From: Squalus acanthias
Lineage: Eukaryota
Length of the DNA stretch: 64,000 nucleotides
Direction: 5' to 3'
Assembly: GCA_030390025.1 (NCBI GenBank)
Contig: CM059432.1
Location: 15,068,001 to 15,132,000 of the forward strand
Below, piece by piece: positions 50,476 to 63,372 of this stretch. The stretch's first letter is position 1; every line of letters starts with the position of its first letter. The notes under the pieces are model-generated. The model was not told where the DNA came from. It did no database searches and saw only the letters and a program-made list of their open reading frames with translations. The translations under genes and the position numbers were made by a program.

Positions 50476-51061
50476 TAGTCAGCCATATTGTATGGCATTG
50501 TGTATATGGAGCAAGCATGTCGTACACATTTGAGCAATTATCCAGATTGGGGAAAATAATAAAACACTTCTTTTCTATATCTCATTGATTACCTGCGCAA
50601 CTGATAAGTGCATCTGTCTATAAAAAGGTAGAAGACTGATATCTCTTTTTCACTAAATATCTGCTCAAAGTCTTAGATAGTCATGTACTGATAACATGCT
50701 GACCAGCTGCAAAACCGAGGAGCCATAGCCTGCTTGGATTACATTTTCCAGGCAGCACATTAGTCCAAGGGTAGTGATGCCAACTTCAGTATTGCCACCT
50801 GTGATCAGCCAACTGACTATTTAATTAAACCTCATACTCTCCTGGTCTGTATGGCTCAATGCTGCACCATGTGGTGCTTTAAATATTGAGCCACGAGGAG
50901 CATCGAATAAAGGTATGTATAGAGTGTTAGATTAGAAAGCAACTGATGGACATTAACCTAATGTAAGAACCAAGGAGGTATCGACGCAATACAATGTTAC
51001 ATTATTCCTCATTTAACTGTCGACTTCATAATCAAATTTCAACTTTTTCCTCTGGTCTTAC

Positions 51062-51355
51062 CTCCACACTTTGTTCTCATGATCAGAGGTGGGCCAGGAG
51101 CTCCCCTTCCACCTTCCCCAGGTCGCGTGAGCAGCACTCGAATCTCATACTCTGTGTCGGGATCCAAATGGCCAATTTTGTACTGATGGCTGTCGACCGG
51201 TTGTATGTCCGTCCAACTCCCAGTGGTGCTGCGGTAATCAATGTCCCGCTGGACGATGGGGCCGTCTCCACTAATAGAATTTGCATTAAGCTGAATCCAT
51301 AAGTAGGTAGCGCCAACAGAATTAAGCTGAGGTGGAGCTATCGGAGTAGGTGGAT
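51062..51355 (-). CDS. PTPRM: Internal coding exon: first FN3 domain of an R2B (MAM-Ig-FN3) receptor protein tyrosine phosphatase, most similar to PTP-mu
   Basis: Translation (D)[97 protein letters not shown]. Acceptor ttaatttcacag|AT at 51355 and donor G|gtaaga at 51062 give 294 nt, phase 1 at both ends. The motifs [17 protein letters not shown] and YKIGHL match PTPRM better than PTPRT/K/U from memory. Family is secure; the paralog call is less so. Confidence 0.85.
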
Positions 51356-52028
51356 CTGTGAAATTAAGTTCCAACAGTTTTAATTATATATCCATGTATC
51401 ACATATGGGAGTACATATATGGAATTAATAAGTGGTAGATATTCTTTGGTCCCTTGGGCAGTACCATATCTAATAGACGGGGCTAAGATACATTTGTTAG
51501 TTGTTAATCCCAAATATTTTCCTAAATCTTTGCACTTTTGTTTGTTTGCCAATGTAGACCTCAGCATTTTCTCCAGAAATCCTGTAAGCTCCTTCAGGAT
51601 TATGGAGGCACTTGCATGCCAATATGAAAGATATTACAACTTGTGGAACATTAAGGCTCATACAAGAAGACCGTAGACTTCAACCAAGCATTGTAACCAA
51701 CTCTCACTTGTCTTTTGGAATGAAAAGCAAAACATTTGGGATGAAGATCAATATGCCTCTGAGTAAGAAGGTTGCGGGTTCAAACCTTACACCAGGACTT
51801 GAGCACATAATCTAGACCAACACTTCAGTGCGGTACTGAGGTAGTGGTGCATTGTCAGAGGGTCCATATTTCAAATGAGACATTATACCAAGGCCATTAT
51901 TGGAAATGTACGCCTCCAAGAATCACGAAAGGTAAGTTACATGTCCCAGAATCAATAATGAGATTTTAAATGTCAAGGGAACCAACAAAGGGAATGTATA
52001 TTCTCAGAACCGGCAATGGGAATGTATA

Positions 52029-52120
52029 ATAACAACAGAAAGTGCTGGAAACACTCAGCAGGCCAGGCAGCATCGAGGAGAGAGAAACAGAGTCAACGTT
52101 TCAGGTCGAACCCTTCTCAG
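52029..52120 (-). mobile_element. Penelope-like fragment with damaged hammerhead core
   Basis: Minus strand reads CTGAGA-AGGGTTCGACCT-GAAA-CG-TT-GACTC...ttccagcactttctgttgtt; flanked by ATGGGAATGTATA at 52016-52028 and 52121-52133. Confidence 0.7.
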
Positions 52121-52189
52121 ATGGGAATGTATACTTCTTAGAACCAACAATGAGAATGTATACTTCTCAGAACCAACAATGTGAATGTA

Positions 52190-52685
52190 CACGCCCTTGA
52201 GAGGGTGCAGAGGAGATTTACCAGAATGGTTCCGGGGATGGGGGATCTTAGCTACAAGGACAGGTTGGAGAAGCTGGATTTGTTTTCATTAGAGCAAAGG
52301 AGGTTGAGGGGTGATTTGATAGAGGTGCACAAGATTATGACGGGTTTGGATAGGCTAGGCGGAGAAAGGCTGTTCCCACTAGTTGATGGTACAAGGACTA
52401 GGGGACACAGATCGAAGGTTTTGGGCAAGAGATACAGGGGGGATGTGAGGAAAAACTTTTTTACGCAGCGAGTGGTGAGGACCTGGAATTCGCTGCCGAC
52501 GGAAGTGGCAGAAGCGGAGACACTCAATGTTTTCAAGGGGAGACTGGATAGGCACTTGAAGGAAATAAACTTGCAGGGCTACGGGGATAGAGCATGGGAA
52601 TGGGATTGACTGGATTGCTCTACAGAGAGCTGGCACGGACTCGATGGGCCGAATGGCCTCCTTCTGTGCCGTTATGGCTCTATGA
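52190..52685 (+). mobile_element. CR1 3' fragment
   Basis: ALERVQRRFTRMVPGM...RKNFFTQRVVRTWNSLP. Confidence 0.9.
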
Positions 52686-54681
52686 CATCCCAGAACCAGC
52701 AATGGGAAGGAATACATTTCAGAACCAAAAATTAGAAATTACAACTACCAACTCCCTTTAATGGGAATAATAGTAGTCGACATTAATCATCAATAACCAT
52801 TAAGTAGGGGCTGACTCAATCATATACTAGATTTTATGGTAAGCCAGTAAGAATGATCTTGTGTCTTTGAGAATCTTCATCAAACCCCTCATCCAGTTGG
52901 AATTTTCCTTTGACTTTGAATAAAAGTAAATTCCACCAACTGTATCAAATTTTGCTGTAATACCAAAATGCACCAAATAACATTGAGAATGTACTCCGGG
53001 CAGCTGCAAGATGATGATCATGAAATTCAAATTATTTTAATACAATTGAGCCCTGAAATCATTATTTTTATTTTAGTCAAATGCATACATCAAATTGTTT
53101 GGGCACAGCAAATGGAAACACACCAAATAAATATTCTCAATGTTATTTGACAATCATATATATAATGCAGAGGATTGCTTTCTCAGTCCAATCATCCAAA
53201 AAACCCAATGGCACCGGACAACCTCTTAGGATGCAAATCAGGTCCTGTGAAAATGCCTGCAGAGGTTAACAGTTACATCAATTAATTCTGAATGTTACAG
53301 CGATTTGAAATAGACTGCGTTTTATTAGCTTCCACCCCCAGGGGCTAGGCTTTGATTTGGACCGTGGTCCACTTGCAAGAAAGGTGAGCTCCAGTCATTT
53401 GTCTCGCACAAGAGCTTGCGTCCTATTAGAAGAGGCTAACAATGCTGCTTATACAGCTGTGAAGCCTTGCTTTGCTTTGCTATGCAGCAACTCGCCCTAT
53501 CTCATTGAGCAGTGAACACAACACTGGCACTGATGGCTGATTCTGGCTGCCTAATGCGAGTGTTTTTATATATAATCTAAATTCAGCCTCATTTTTTCCA
53601 AAAAAAAACAAGGACTACATTCTAACAACGCAGCTTAGTGTGACTTCCTATTTTTACCACGAGTGCAAAAAGGTGCTGTTAATGAAAATAAGTTATTACT
53701 AATCCCTACCTGCTTCAGCGACTTCAGGATTTTAATAGCTTTGAGAAGTGAGGTTTTGAAATAATTACTTTTTTTTTTTAGTTTTGCACTATTAATATTG
53801 AAAGTCATAGATTTATTCTCTACGGGCAATGTATTCACATCAAACTTTATTAAAAATAGAAGGAAAAATGCTGGAACTGTAATGTAACACTGGCCTAAAA
53901 AAACATTTTCTCATCGGTAGAATAGAAGCTAAAATCTGCACGTAGGATCACTCTGCTAAAATATTCTTAATTTCCCAATTGTTCAGGTTAATATCACCCC
54001 CATTATCTATCAGCGTTCCGATGCTAATTAAGGTACTGCTGTGCCAAGTAATGCACAATGCCACAAAATATAATTATGGGGACACTGCTCATGCAGTTGG
54101 TTTCACAGTATAAAGTTAGGATTGCGTGTAAAATGTATTCCCTCATCCCAAATGCACTCTAGGTCGGTCACATGAGATGAAGTGATCATGGCTATTAAAA
54201 GGGCCCAACTTAGTCACATCAGGGAGTCCGGCAAGTCTATGTGAGAGGAAGAACAGCTAGAGGAAGCCAGAATCGAGAGAGATAGCTACATACATATGCA
54301 TACAGAGCATAGAGCAGAAAGGGATGGAAAGCAAAAAAGGGTATTAAGGAAGAAGCAACAATTGAGCATGACAGAGCCACAAGAAAGTAAAACCTGTAAA
54401 GATTAGGTTAAGGATATTCTGATATTCGGATAGAATATATTTAAATGTGGTCTCATTATTAATGCATTTAGCAATGCTACCACCAATGTAACCTCCTATT
54501 GTGTACACTAGTGCACATGTTTAATTTAATTTATACTGATACAAGACATTTTATTTTATCTCTACTGATGAATTGTGTACCATTCAAATAGAAATATTGC
54601 TATTTTAGTTCTTAGGTATTGAGTTAAATTATTCTGTTACAGGTGCTCATTCCATACAATCAGTATTCTCTCTAAAACAAT

Positions 54682-55393
54682 GGGCCAGAATTTACTGTAG
54701 CCGGCGAACGAATTTCCCTGAGACTTTGAACTACAAGTTACTGCAAATGGGAGATGGAAACAGCACGGCGCCCTCTAAAGGCCATCTGGGACCCGAGCTA
54801 ACAGGGCAAGCAACTGGGTATCTCAATAACCAATCAGATTGAAGGATTGAAGATTGCAGAGCGCAGAGTCTGAACCAGGAAGTGTAAGTTGGAATAGTGA
54901 ATTCACTGTCAAATCAGATACAGAAAGCAAAATAAAGAGTAAGAAAGAAAGATTGGATTAAGAAAGAAAAAAAGACAGAAAGAAAAAGTTTAAAAAAAAT
55001 GTAATTTAAAATCTCCAACAACAATTAAATGCTGATGGAATGAGACCCCACACTTGTAAAAGTTAATTTTCAGTGCCAGAAAGGTTGTTTGGCAGTAATT
55101 AAGACTTATCATGCCGTTAAAAAGGGTACTTAGACTAAAATGGACAAGCCCCAACTTTCTGTGGCGAGTTTAGTCCATATCTACGACGTCAGTACAGGAA
55201 CTTCACACCATACAATACATTTGAATGGGAAGCCAGACGGCGAGATGCCGTTATCGGGAAGCAAACAGCGGAGCGGCGCAACTCGGACAGCAACGTCCGT
55301 AATTTCACCTGAAGTTGCTGTGCGATTTGTGCATAAACAATGGTGAGCGCGGTTAGCCTCATCGTTATTTTAACAGTAAATTCTTTCTGGCCC
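54682..55393. mobile_element. Non-autonomous DNA transposon with TIRs
   Basis: GGGCCAGAATTTACTGT ... ACAGTAAATT(cttt)CTGGCCC; related copies at 13030-13692 and about 57140-57486. Confidence 0.75.
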
Positions 55394-55488
55394 ATCATGA
55401 GCTTGCACAGATGAAGAAAGGAAGCAATGAAACAAAGTATTTTGTTACATTTATTCTGCTAAAGTTGCAGTCGGAATTTTAGTCAGGC

Positions 55489-55507
55489 TGTCACTAGAGG
55501 GCAGCAC
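55489..55507 (+). promoter_or_regulatory. Candidate CTCF site
   Basis: TGTCACTAGAGGGCAGCAC is a close match to the CTCF core consensus; motif only, no binding data. Confidence 0.5.
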
Positions 55508-55519
55508 CAAGGCAAAATG

Positions 55520-55533
55520 GTTTCCATGGCAAC
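55520..55533. promoter_or_regulatory. Candidate RFX X-box
   Basis: GTTTCCATGGCAAC matches the palindromic consensus GTTNCCATGGNAAC; motif only. Confidence 0.5.
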
Positions 55534-57099
55534 AATCATTTTTCCATGTTTTAAGAACAGGAATTACAAGGAGTTACAAAAAGTTTCACTGCCGCTAGAG
55601 TGGTTGATATATATATTCCTACGTTGATCCCTAAGGCTGGCTTTCCAAGGAAGGCGTAGCATTGTGCTGCTTTGCTGACATTTCCATTAAGAACAGTTAA
55701 GATGGGCTGGGCAAAGGAAGGTCAACTATCCAACAGACAACAGTGCTGCGTGTGTGTGGTGTGTGCGTGTGTGTTTTGGGGGGGCAAGGCCTCTATGAGG
55801 GTTGTCTACCTGTCAACTACATCATTACAGAAACCCATTCTACAAAACAAAGCAACAGAGAATGTCAATGAACTGCAGCAGGTACATGGTGCAGAACTAC
55901 CATTAGATCCGATTTGTCCAAAGGATCTGTAACGTCCAATGACAATTCGGTGATTAACAATAAAACACTAACTGAAAGGTTGGGGTGCACCGATGGCTCA
56001 GCTTGTAAAGACACTGCCTGATGTGGTATCAAGCCATACAGACCAGGAGGGTTCCAAGTTTGATTGTGGATCTGTGCTCAGTTTCTCGGATTAGAGAGGG
56101 GATAAATCAATTAGGGTTTGGTGCTCCTTAATCAGCACATCAAAGGTTCAACTACCTAACTTACTGGTTTGTACAACTCCATACCATACCATACCATGCA
56201 GTACCAATCACCCACTGAGCATTGAGTGGAGCCAGAGACTATGCAAAGTAAACATCCTAACCTTATTACACAATCCCAGCCCTCTGTTCTCCATGTAATA
56301 TACTTAGGAGCTCATGTGATCTTGTAAGCTGAAGCAGTGAAGATCAACCAGCGTAAGACCACTGATACTTTGAGCTGCATTAAAATCTTAAAGCATGCTC
56401 CTAATTATTTGTTATTCTATACAACTCAAACAAGACTAATTTTATTCATGTAACATTGGTGCCGCAATTAGCTTAAAAGCTAACAGTTATATTTTTGGGG
56501 GTGAACTATTATGTTCAGCAAGGTGAGGGACTATTGCTGGGGAGTTTTCCACTTCTGGCATACATTGTTTGCATCAAGCATTTCCAGGCTTGGTATAACA
56601 TGGGCAGGTGCACAGTAAAGCTCTCTCTACTTTGTCCCAACACTATGCTTTGACCATCAGAAGAGCAGCCCTTAAGGCACAGTGCGATTTTATTCATTGT
56701 TCTACACCAGCCATCCTTGCTGTATTTTGTGGTGAGATTGTCAACACAGGGGTCAATTCTGTAAGGCTGTGCTCCCATCAAGAAGCCTCAAGAAATGGGA
56801 GCCTGTGTCAGATAATGGGCTATGAATCTGGCATGCAGACGACGTCTGAACCCAGTTCTCTGATTCACGTTTCTCAAAAGTGAGGGTCGATGCTGGGAGC
56901 TATTCATGTTGAATTGTGGACAGTTGTGTGTTGTGGAATCACAGTTGTTAGGCAGTGGCTTGAGACAGCCCTACGCTTGGGAGCTGAAGAATGTGGGAAC
57001 TGATTTTTGGGGCAGCAAGGAGCAAATGACACTCAGTGACTTACCCTGGTAGGTAGTTGTATTGGGAAGTCAGAAAAGAATTGATAACTTATGAACTTA

Positions 57100-57546
57100 G
57101 GGTACGTTCACACTACAAGTGTAGCATCGCATCGATGCTCGGAGAAGTTTTTAAAATTTACATTTTTAATTTTTTTCTTTCATTTCCTGTCTCTTTTATT
57201 TCCTCTCTCTATTAATCCACTCTTTCATTCCCTCTCTTTATTTTATCTAATTTGACTCAAATTCACCCTATTTCCTTCTCTGTCATTCCTCCATTTCTTT
57301 ATCTTTCAATTTTATTGGTTAAGGAGTTAGACAATTGGCCTGACCGTCACAAGGTCCCAGATGCCCCGTTGAGCTTGCATTTCCAACAATTTGTGGCGCA
57401 AAAATAATACGATCCGAAGGGCGAGGTAAAAAAATCCAATTCATGGCGCTCGCCGCGAGATGCGTCGCTCCAGCAATTTCTAGGCCATTGTTTCAGTTCA
57501 GACCTTGACAACCAATTTATCGTAAACTTGTAGTGTAAACGCACCC
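57100..57546. mobile_element. MITE with 21-bp TIRs (Harbinger-like) enclosing a fragment of the 54682 family
   Basis: GGGTACGTTCACACTACAAGT / ACTTGTAGTGTAAACGCACCC (19/21). Confidence 0.7.
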
Positions 57547-59272
57547 ACAAAGACTTTTACACTCCACAGTTTAATAACCTAACACCTTGCATGTATCAAG
57601 TGTGTTTGACATAATAAACCGCTTTGTGAACTATCTTCTTTCACCACTCTTCCCTCACATTAATCTTCCTGCTGGGCTGACGGGATTAATGGAGGTCACC
57701 CACAGTCCAGATGGTAGGCTACTCATCCCCATTTGACTGACCCCACAAATTTTTCCTTAATCCCCGACTTTACAGTTCGATGCAGAACTTTACCTGCCTT
57801 GAACCCAATAAGCAGACTGAACGTTCTATTAATCCGTTCCCTTCTCAGACAGGCACATTCTGTTCCTCTGCATGCAATCTTCAGGTCTCTCAAATACTCT
57901 TAAAATATTTATTAAATGGAAGGGATACAACAAAAACCAAGTCATTTACTTCTTTCCCCATACTGATCAATTCTGTGCTGCAGTTACGATTTTCTTGTCA
58001 CTCAATCCGTAGTGACTACGAGACAAAGAGCCAGACCATAATGAGCGAATAAATGAGTAATGTGACAAGTTGCATCCTTCAACCTGGATTAGTCAGAGAT
58101 AAAAGTGCCATTTCAATCTAGTTACCTGACAGGAATGAAGGACTTCTACTAAAAAAAAATTAACACAAAAGAATGTGAATAGACTTTTGTAATTTCTGCC
58201 TTTTCCATTATCCAAGGAATTCTTCCAAATAGCAAGATCTCCTCCTTACACTGTCTCTGACAGCAGAGGTTAACAGTTTGTTTTTCAAGAGTTATTCTTG
58301 CACAAAACAAATGTTGGTAATATGCCAAACTGTCAAGCAAACAGAATGTATCTATTAAACTGTAACTTTCCTCCACATCAGTCCAACAGCACTGTTTATT
58401 CATGAAGCGAGCTATTTTGCATTTCTGACAAGCCATGCATTTTAAACATATGAAGGAAATTAGAACCGGGCCCAGTTCTAACCTTTCAGCTGAAATGCAA
58501 GAATTCATTGACTAAACAAATTAACAAATAAGTTCCCGCAGTTCTTCCGAGTATTTACTCAGTTTTTATGCATCACATTGATAACAATGTACTTAACCAA
58601 GCAAGGACGATTTGACAATGTTGCTCAATCCCTATTACACGCAGAGCTTTATAGCTAACTGCTTGTAACAATTAATTTGCTCAGTAACACAGAACATGTG
58701 TTATATATAATGCGTATTTAACCATTTGAGTACTAACAAACATACTGCCTTGTCAAGTGTTCTGAAGCATATCATCTACGTCCGTCCGTAGGATGTGCTC
58801 TGCTCCAAGTCAGATCCTAATTCAAGTCTCACACACCAGATTATTGAGTCACTTAGTAAGGAAGAGTAGCTGAGGTGGTTTCCCATTGCCGCCCTTGTGG
58901 GTTTTTTTTTATCTTCGGCGTACCTTCATCCAGCAGGACTGCAACCGAGGCTAAAGAACCCCACTTACCCGTTGTGATGGGGGGTGGGCCACCCACACCC
59001 ACACCCACTGAACACAAGTACCCCCTTCTGGACATCAATCCAGTAATCAGAGCCGGCGCTCTGGTCTCCGCTGTCTGGAGTGGGGGCCGAATCCAACAGT
59101 TCTTACTCAGCAGCTTGCTGCGACCACTGGGCTAGTGGCCACTCTATCCAGACGCAGCTACTCTGCAAGATGTCAGTCCAGTATTTACAGAACATATTCA
59201 AGTCTCCACTCACCGGGGCTATCATGAAATGGGGCCTCAAACCTTCGGACTCAGAGGCGGGAATGCGGCCTC

Positions 59273-59585
59273 TAAGAACATAAGAACATAAGAAGTAGGA
59301 GCAGGAGTAGGCCATACGACCCCTCGGGCCTGCTCCACCATTCAATAGGATCATGGCTGATCCGAACCTAGACTCACGTCCACTTCCCTGCCCGCTCCCC
59401 ATAACCCTTAATTCCCTTATCAGCTAGGAAACTGTATCTCCGTTTTAAATTTATTTAATGTCGCAGCTTCCACAGCTCTCTGAGGTAGCAAATTCCATAG
59501 ATTTACTACCCTCTGAGTGAAGAAGTTCCTCCTCATCTCAGTTTTGAAATGGCAGCCCCTTATTCTAAGATTATGCCCCCTAGTT
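59273..59585 (-). mobile_element. CR1 3' fragment
   Basis: (taagaaca)n then gtaggagcaggagtaggcc...accctctgagtgaagaag. Confidence 0.85.
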
Positions 59586-60404
59586 AAGGCTCACTCTTCA
59601 CTCTCTATGTATTGTACGGATAATTATAATGTAGAGGATTCCAGCTAGGATGCTTGTCATAGGAGTCCAGCGGGATGCTGCAGATTCGAGGAAAGTGTTG
59701 GGTCCTCTCCCCTGTGCCTCCAGCAATCGCCTTTGTAAGGGGGCCGCAGTTAAAGACATATTTTTTTAAAAATTGCAGTCCTTTTCTTTGGTTGGTGGGT
59801 GGAGGAGTTGGGGGGTCCAGGCACAATCACAGCCTGGCTGGCTGGCTCCCTCCGAGGGCCAGGAATGCAGGAACTCCTGGAGTCAGAGCCCAACGGCACT
59901 GGATTTAAACAGAGTGAGGCTCCCTGGTGGAAGAGTCTCAGTCCACATCGACCATTAGCGCGTAAAAAAAAAAACCCCAGCCGTTTGTGGTGAAGAAGAG
60001 ATACGCCCTGAATTCCGATTCCCCACAGATTGTTGGATGTATTTTTGGCCTCAAGACTTATGAGAAAAACTTGTAAAAATATGAGTTTCATAATTTTTTT
60101 TTAATTATAGATTAATGGGGTCAAAAATTATTTGATAAATATTTCTCTAATGGCAGATATGAGGTTCAAACTCAGGCAGCCAGACAGATGCACTCTAAGA
60201 GAAAGGCCAGAATTATGCCAAAGAACACAATCTAGGAAATCTAGAGCTGTACAATTAATCAGTTCTGACTGGTAGCATTCAGGCCCAATAACAGGACTGA
60301 TTCAGCCTGGCAAAGCTCAACTCTCTGGCCCAATAACAACACAACGCTGAGAAAAAACAGCAGCAACGCTTTTAATTCACCCAGGCTGAGTGTGCATTCA
60401 TTTT

Positions 60405-60950
60405 CATCTTTCAGATGAGACGTTAAACCGAGGCCCCCTCTTAAATTAAATTAAATATTGGGATTCACAGGAGCCTCTCCGCCTCTCTACCTCTCTCTCC
60501 TCCTTTAAGATGCTCCTTAAAACCTACCTCTTTGACCAAACATTTAGTCACCTGTCCTCATATGTGTCTCTGTATCCAATTTTGTGTGATAACGCTCCTG
60601 TGAAGCACCTTGGGATGTTTTACTATGTTAAAAGAACTATATAAATACAGGTTGTTGTTGGTGTTGTCTGCCTTCTCGGGTGGACATAAAAGATCCCATG
60701 ACAATATTCGATTGGCACTATTCAAATGTGCTGACCAATATTTATCCCTCAACTAACGTCAGTAAAACAGATGATCTGGTTATGTATCTAATGTTGTTTG
60801 TGGGAGATTGCTGTGCACAAATTATCTGACGAGTTTCCTACATTACAACAGTGACTACACTTCAAAAATACTTCATTGGCTGTAAAACGCTTTGGGACGT
60901 CCTGAGATTGTGAAAGGCGCTATATAATTGTAAGTGTTTTCCTTTCCTTT
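60405..60950 (+). mobile_element. Deu-core SINE fragment interrupted by an L2 tail (about 60473-60665)
   Basis: tcagatgagacgttaaaccgaggccc, then the L2 tail, then tctgccttctcgggtggacataaaagatccc and the SINE tail. Confidence 0.7.
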
Positions 60951-61354
60951 AATGCAAGCACCGTGGGGGAATGCTGAAGCAAGAACAGGCAATGCGAAGT
61001 AATAGACTGTAGACCATTTGATGAACTTACTTTTTAATTCAGTTAGTCAGTAGTTTTCTAAAAAAAATTCTTACTATTTGTTGGCTCCAATCGAGAAGAA
61101 ATTTTTAATGAGCAATAGTACTGCAATTTAAAGTCTGGATAAGGTGTCACCGTTGCGGGCTGGTTTTGCTCTGGCGTGTGTGATAGAATCTGAGCACCAG
61201 AACACAACCAGTCCACAATGGGGTCATCTTACCCAGAACACTATGCAGAATGGGAACAGGATGGTGCTGCGAGGCTTGAATAACATAAAAGCTTACAACA
61301 CATGGGTAAGGAGTTCAGACAGCAATATTTGTGATGTTTTGTTTTACTAATGTG

Positions 61355-61785
61355 GGAAGAGGAATAGGTCATTCAAGCCCTCATCCGCCATTCAACGAGA
61401 TCATAGCTGATCTGCACCCCAACTCCACTTGCCTGCCTTTGTCCCAAATACCTTGATGCTCTTACTTTACCAATCCCAGTCTTGAAAATTTCAATTAACC
61501 CAGTATCCAAAGCCATTTTGGGGGAGAGAGTTCCAGATTTCCCCTACCCTTTGTATTAAAAACTGTGTCCTGATTTCACTCCTAAATGGCCTAGCTCTAA
61601 TTTTAAGATTATGCCCTCTTATTCTGGATACCCCACCAGAGGAAATAGTTTCTCTGTATCTTCCCTATTGCATCCCTTAATTATTTAAAATTCGATTAGA
61701 TCAACTCTCAACCTTCTAAACTCACTGGCATACAAGCCAAGTTTATGCGACCAGTCCTCATAATTTAACCCTTTAAGACCTGGTC
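61355..61785 (-). mobile_element. CR1 3' fragment
   Basis: PGLKGLNYEDWSHKLGLYASEFRRLRVDLIEF. Confidence 0.8.
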
Positions 61786-61857
61786 CGTCCAAATAAAATT
61801 CTTTTCCAGTTGCCAAACAATTGAAATACTGAAAACTCAGAAAATAGGTCTCAAGAC

Positions 61858-62318
61858 ACTCGATACTATCCAAGACAAAGCAGCCCGCTTGATTGGCACC
61901 CCATCTACCACCCTTAAACATTCACTCCCTCCACCACCGGCGCACCTGTGACTGCAGTGTGTACCATCTACAAGATGCACTGTAGCAACTCGCCAAGGCT
62001 TCTTCGGCAACACCTCCCAAACCTGCGACCTCTTCCACCTAGAAGGACAAGGGCAGCAAGTGTACGGGAACACCACCACTTCTAAGTTCCCCTCCAAGTC
62101 ACACACCATCCTGACTTAGAGGTATATCGCCGTTCCATCATCGTCGCTGGGTCAAAATCCTGGAACTCCCTCCCTAACAGCACTATGTGAGCACCTTCAC
62201 CACACGGACTGCAGCGGTTCAAAGCGGCTCACCACCACCTTCTCAAGGGCAATTAGGGATGGGCAATAAATGCTGGCCTTGCCAGCGATGCCCACATTCC
62301 ATGAATGTATAACAAAAA
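61858..62318 (+). mobile_element. 3' fragment of the 8485 LINE family
   Basis: Collinear with about 11300-11761. Confidence 0.88.
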
Positions 62319-63372
62319 GCTTAAACCTTGTTTTCAAACTGAAACGTAAAAGTCTTTTTTAAACTTTTTTTCCCTCAGGATTTTGTATTGGTTTATACGT
62401 TGTTGCAGTTGTGCCTTTTGCTTCCATGATGTTTGTAGGAGCATACCCTAATACAATGAGTTTGTTGGAGATACTGTTATAGTAGTCTTACATATATATT
62501 CAGGATCACGGCTCCACATACCTTCATCTTCTTTACCCAAATCCAAATGACCCTTTAGACCCACTCTCTTGCTCACTGGACTTGCCTCTGGGGGATTGAA
62601 GACTATCTGCCGTGCAAAGGGCAGCACAATGTTTACTGTTTGTTATTGAGAAGATTTATCGCCTGTTATAGGGAAGCAATCATTGCCACTACAAACGTGC
62701 GGATTAAGCATCTATGAGACACATGCCGCAACAGAGATCTTAAGGCAACAGTGCTCAGTTTGTTGCAAAAAGGACATTTCTCTCCCCAAGGGTTACACTT
62801 TCATTGAAGGAATCTACCTGTCTGTAAACTCTCATCCCAGCAGCAGTTGCTGTGAAGATATCTAGGCTTCCACAGTCAGAGCCAATTTCACAAATGTACT
62901 TACACTGCTGACTTCTGCTCTTTGCCCTAGATTCTGCCCCTCTGATTAGTTTCTGATGTGAGTGCACACACCGCGTGTTCCTGACACAAAAAATGGAAAT
63001 ACCCTTCACTGTGGATGGAACTGAAAGGAAGAGTGGGGCCTCCTCAACTGATCTTTAATAAATACAAGTCAATAGCACTCAGCAAATATGCAATTTAGCA
63101 GCACTGACGATTATGTAAAATAGAGACATGGAGGTGACAGTGTAAATTAGTTTAAGTGGTAACTAGATACATTTCTGAAGAAAGGTTTGAGGGATATGGT
63201 AAGTAGGTAAGTGTGGAATCTATCAAAAAGGATTTGGGAATGAATGGCCTTTGCCTGTTCCTAAAACTTTTTTGGGCAGATTTTCCTTGTTTGCAGTTGG
63301 TTATTAAATAATCTCCTGGGCATAGCACATAGAAGGAAATTGAATGGGGAGAAATGCAAACCTGTGCCAGAG

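Larger units (their letters stand above)
51940..52770. repeat. Degenerate about 30-bp minisatellite interrupted by two retroelements
   Basis: Unit approximately ttctcagaaccaacaatgggaatgtatac. Confidence 0.7.

Noticed and set aside
47977..50537. Long ORFs (up to 526 aa) on both strands
   Set aside because: They are translations of a stop-free 30/28-bp repeat that is open in nearly all frames, with frame shifts at each 28-bp unit.
52016..52133. Treating the 13-bp flanking repeat as independent proof of a target-site duplication
   Set aside because: It lies within a minisatellite containing the same words, so it is weaker evidence than the duplications at 4785, 17201 and 41579.
62755..63009. 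Possible upstream Ig-domain exon of the phosphatase (CKYICEI resembles an Ig F-strand)
   Set aside because: No resemblance to the expected GKYRC...SNYAEL context, and I found no convincing splice sites.
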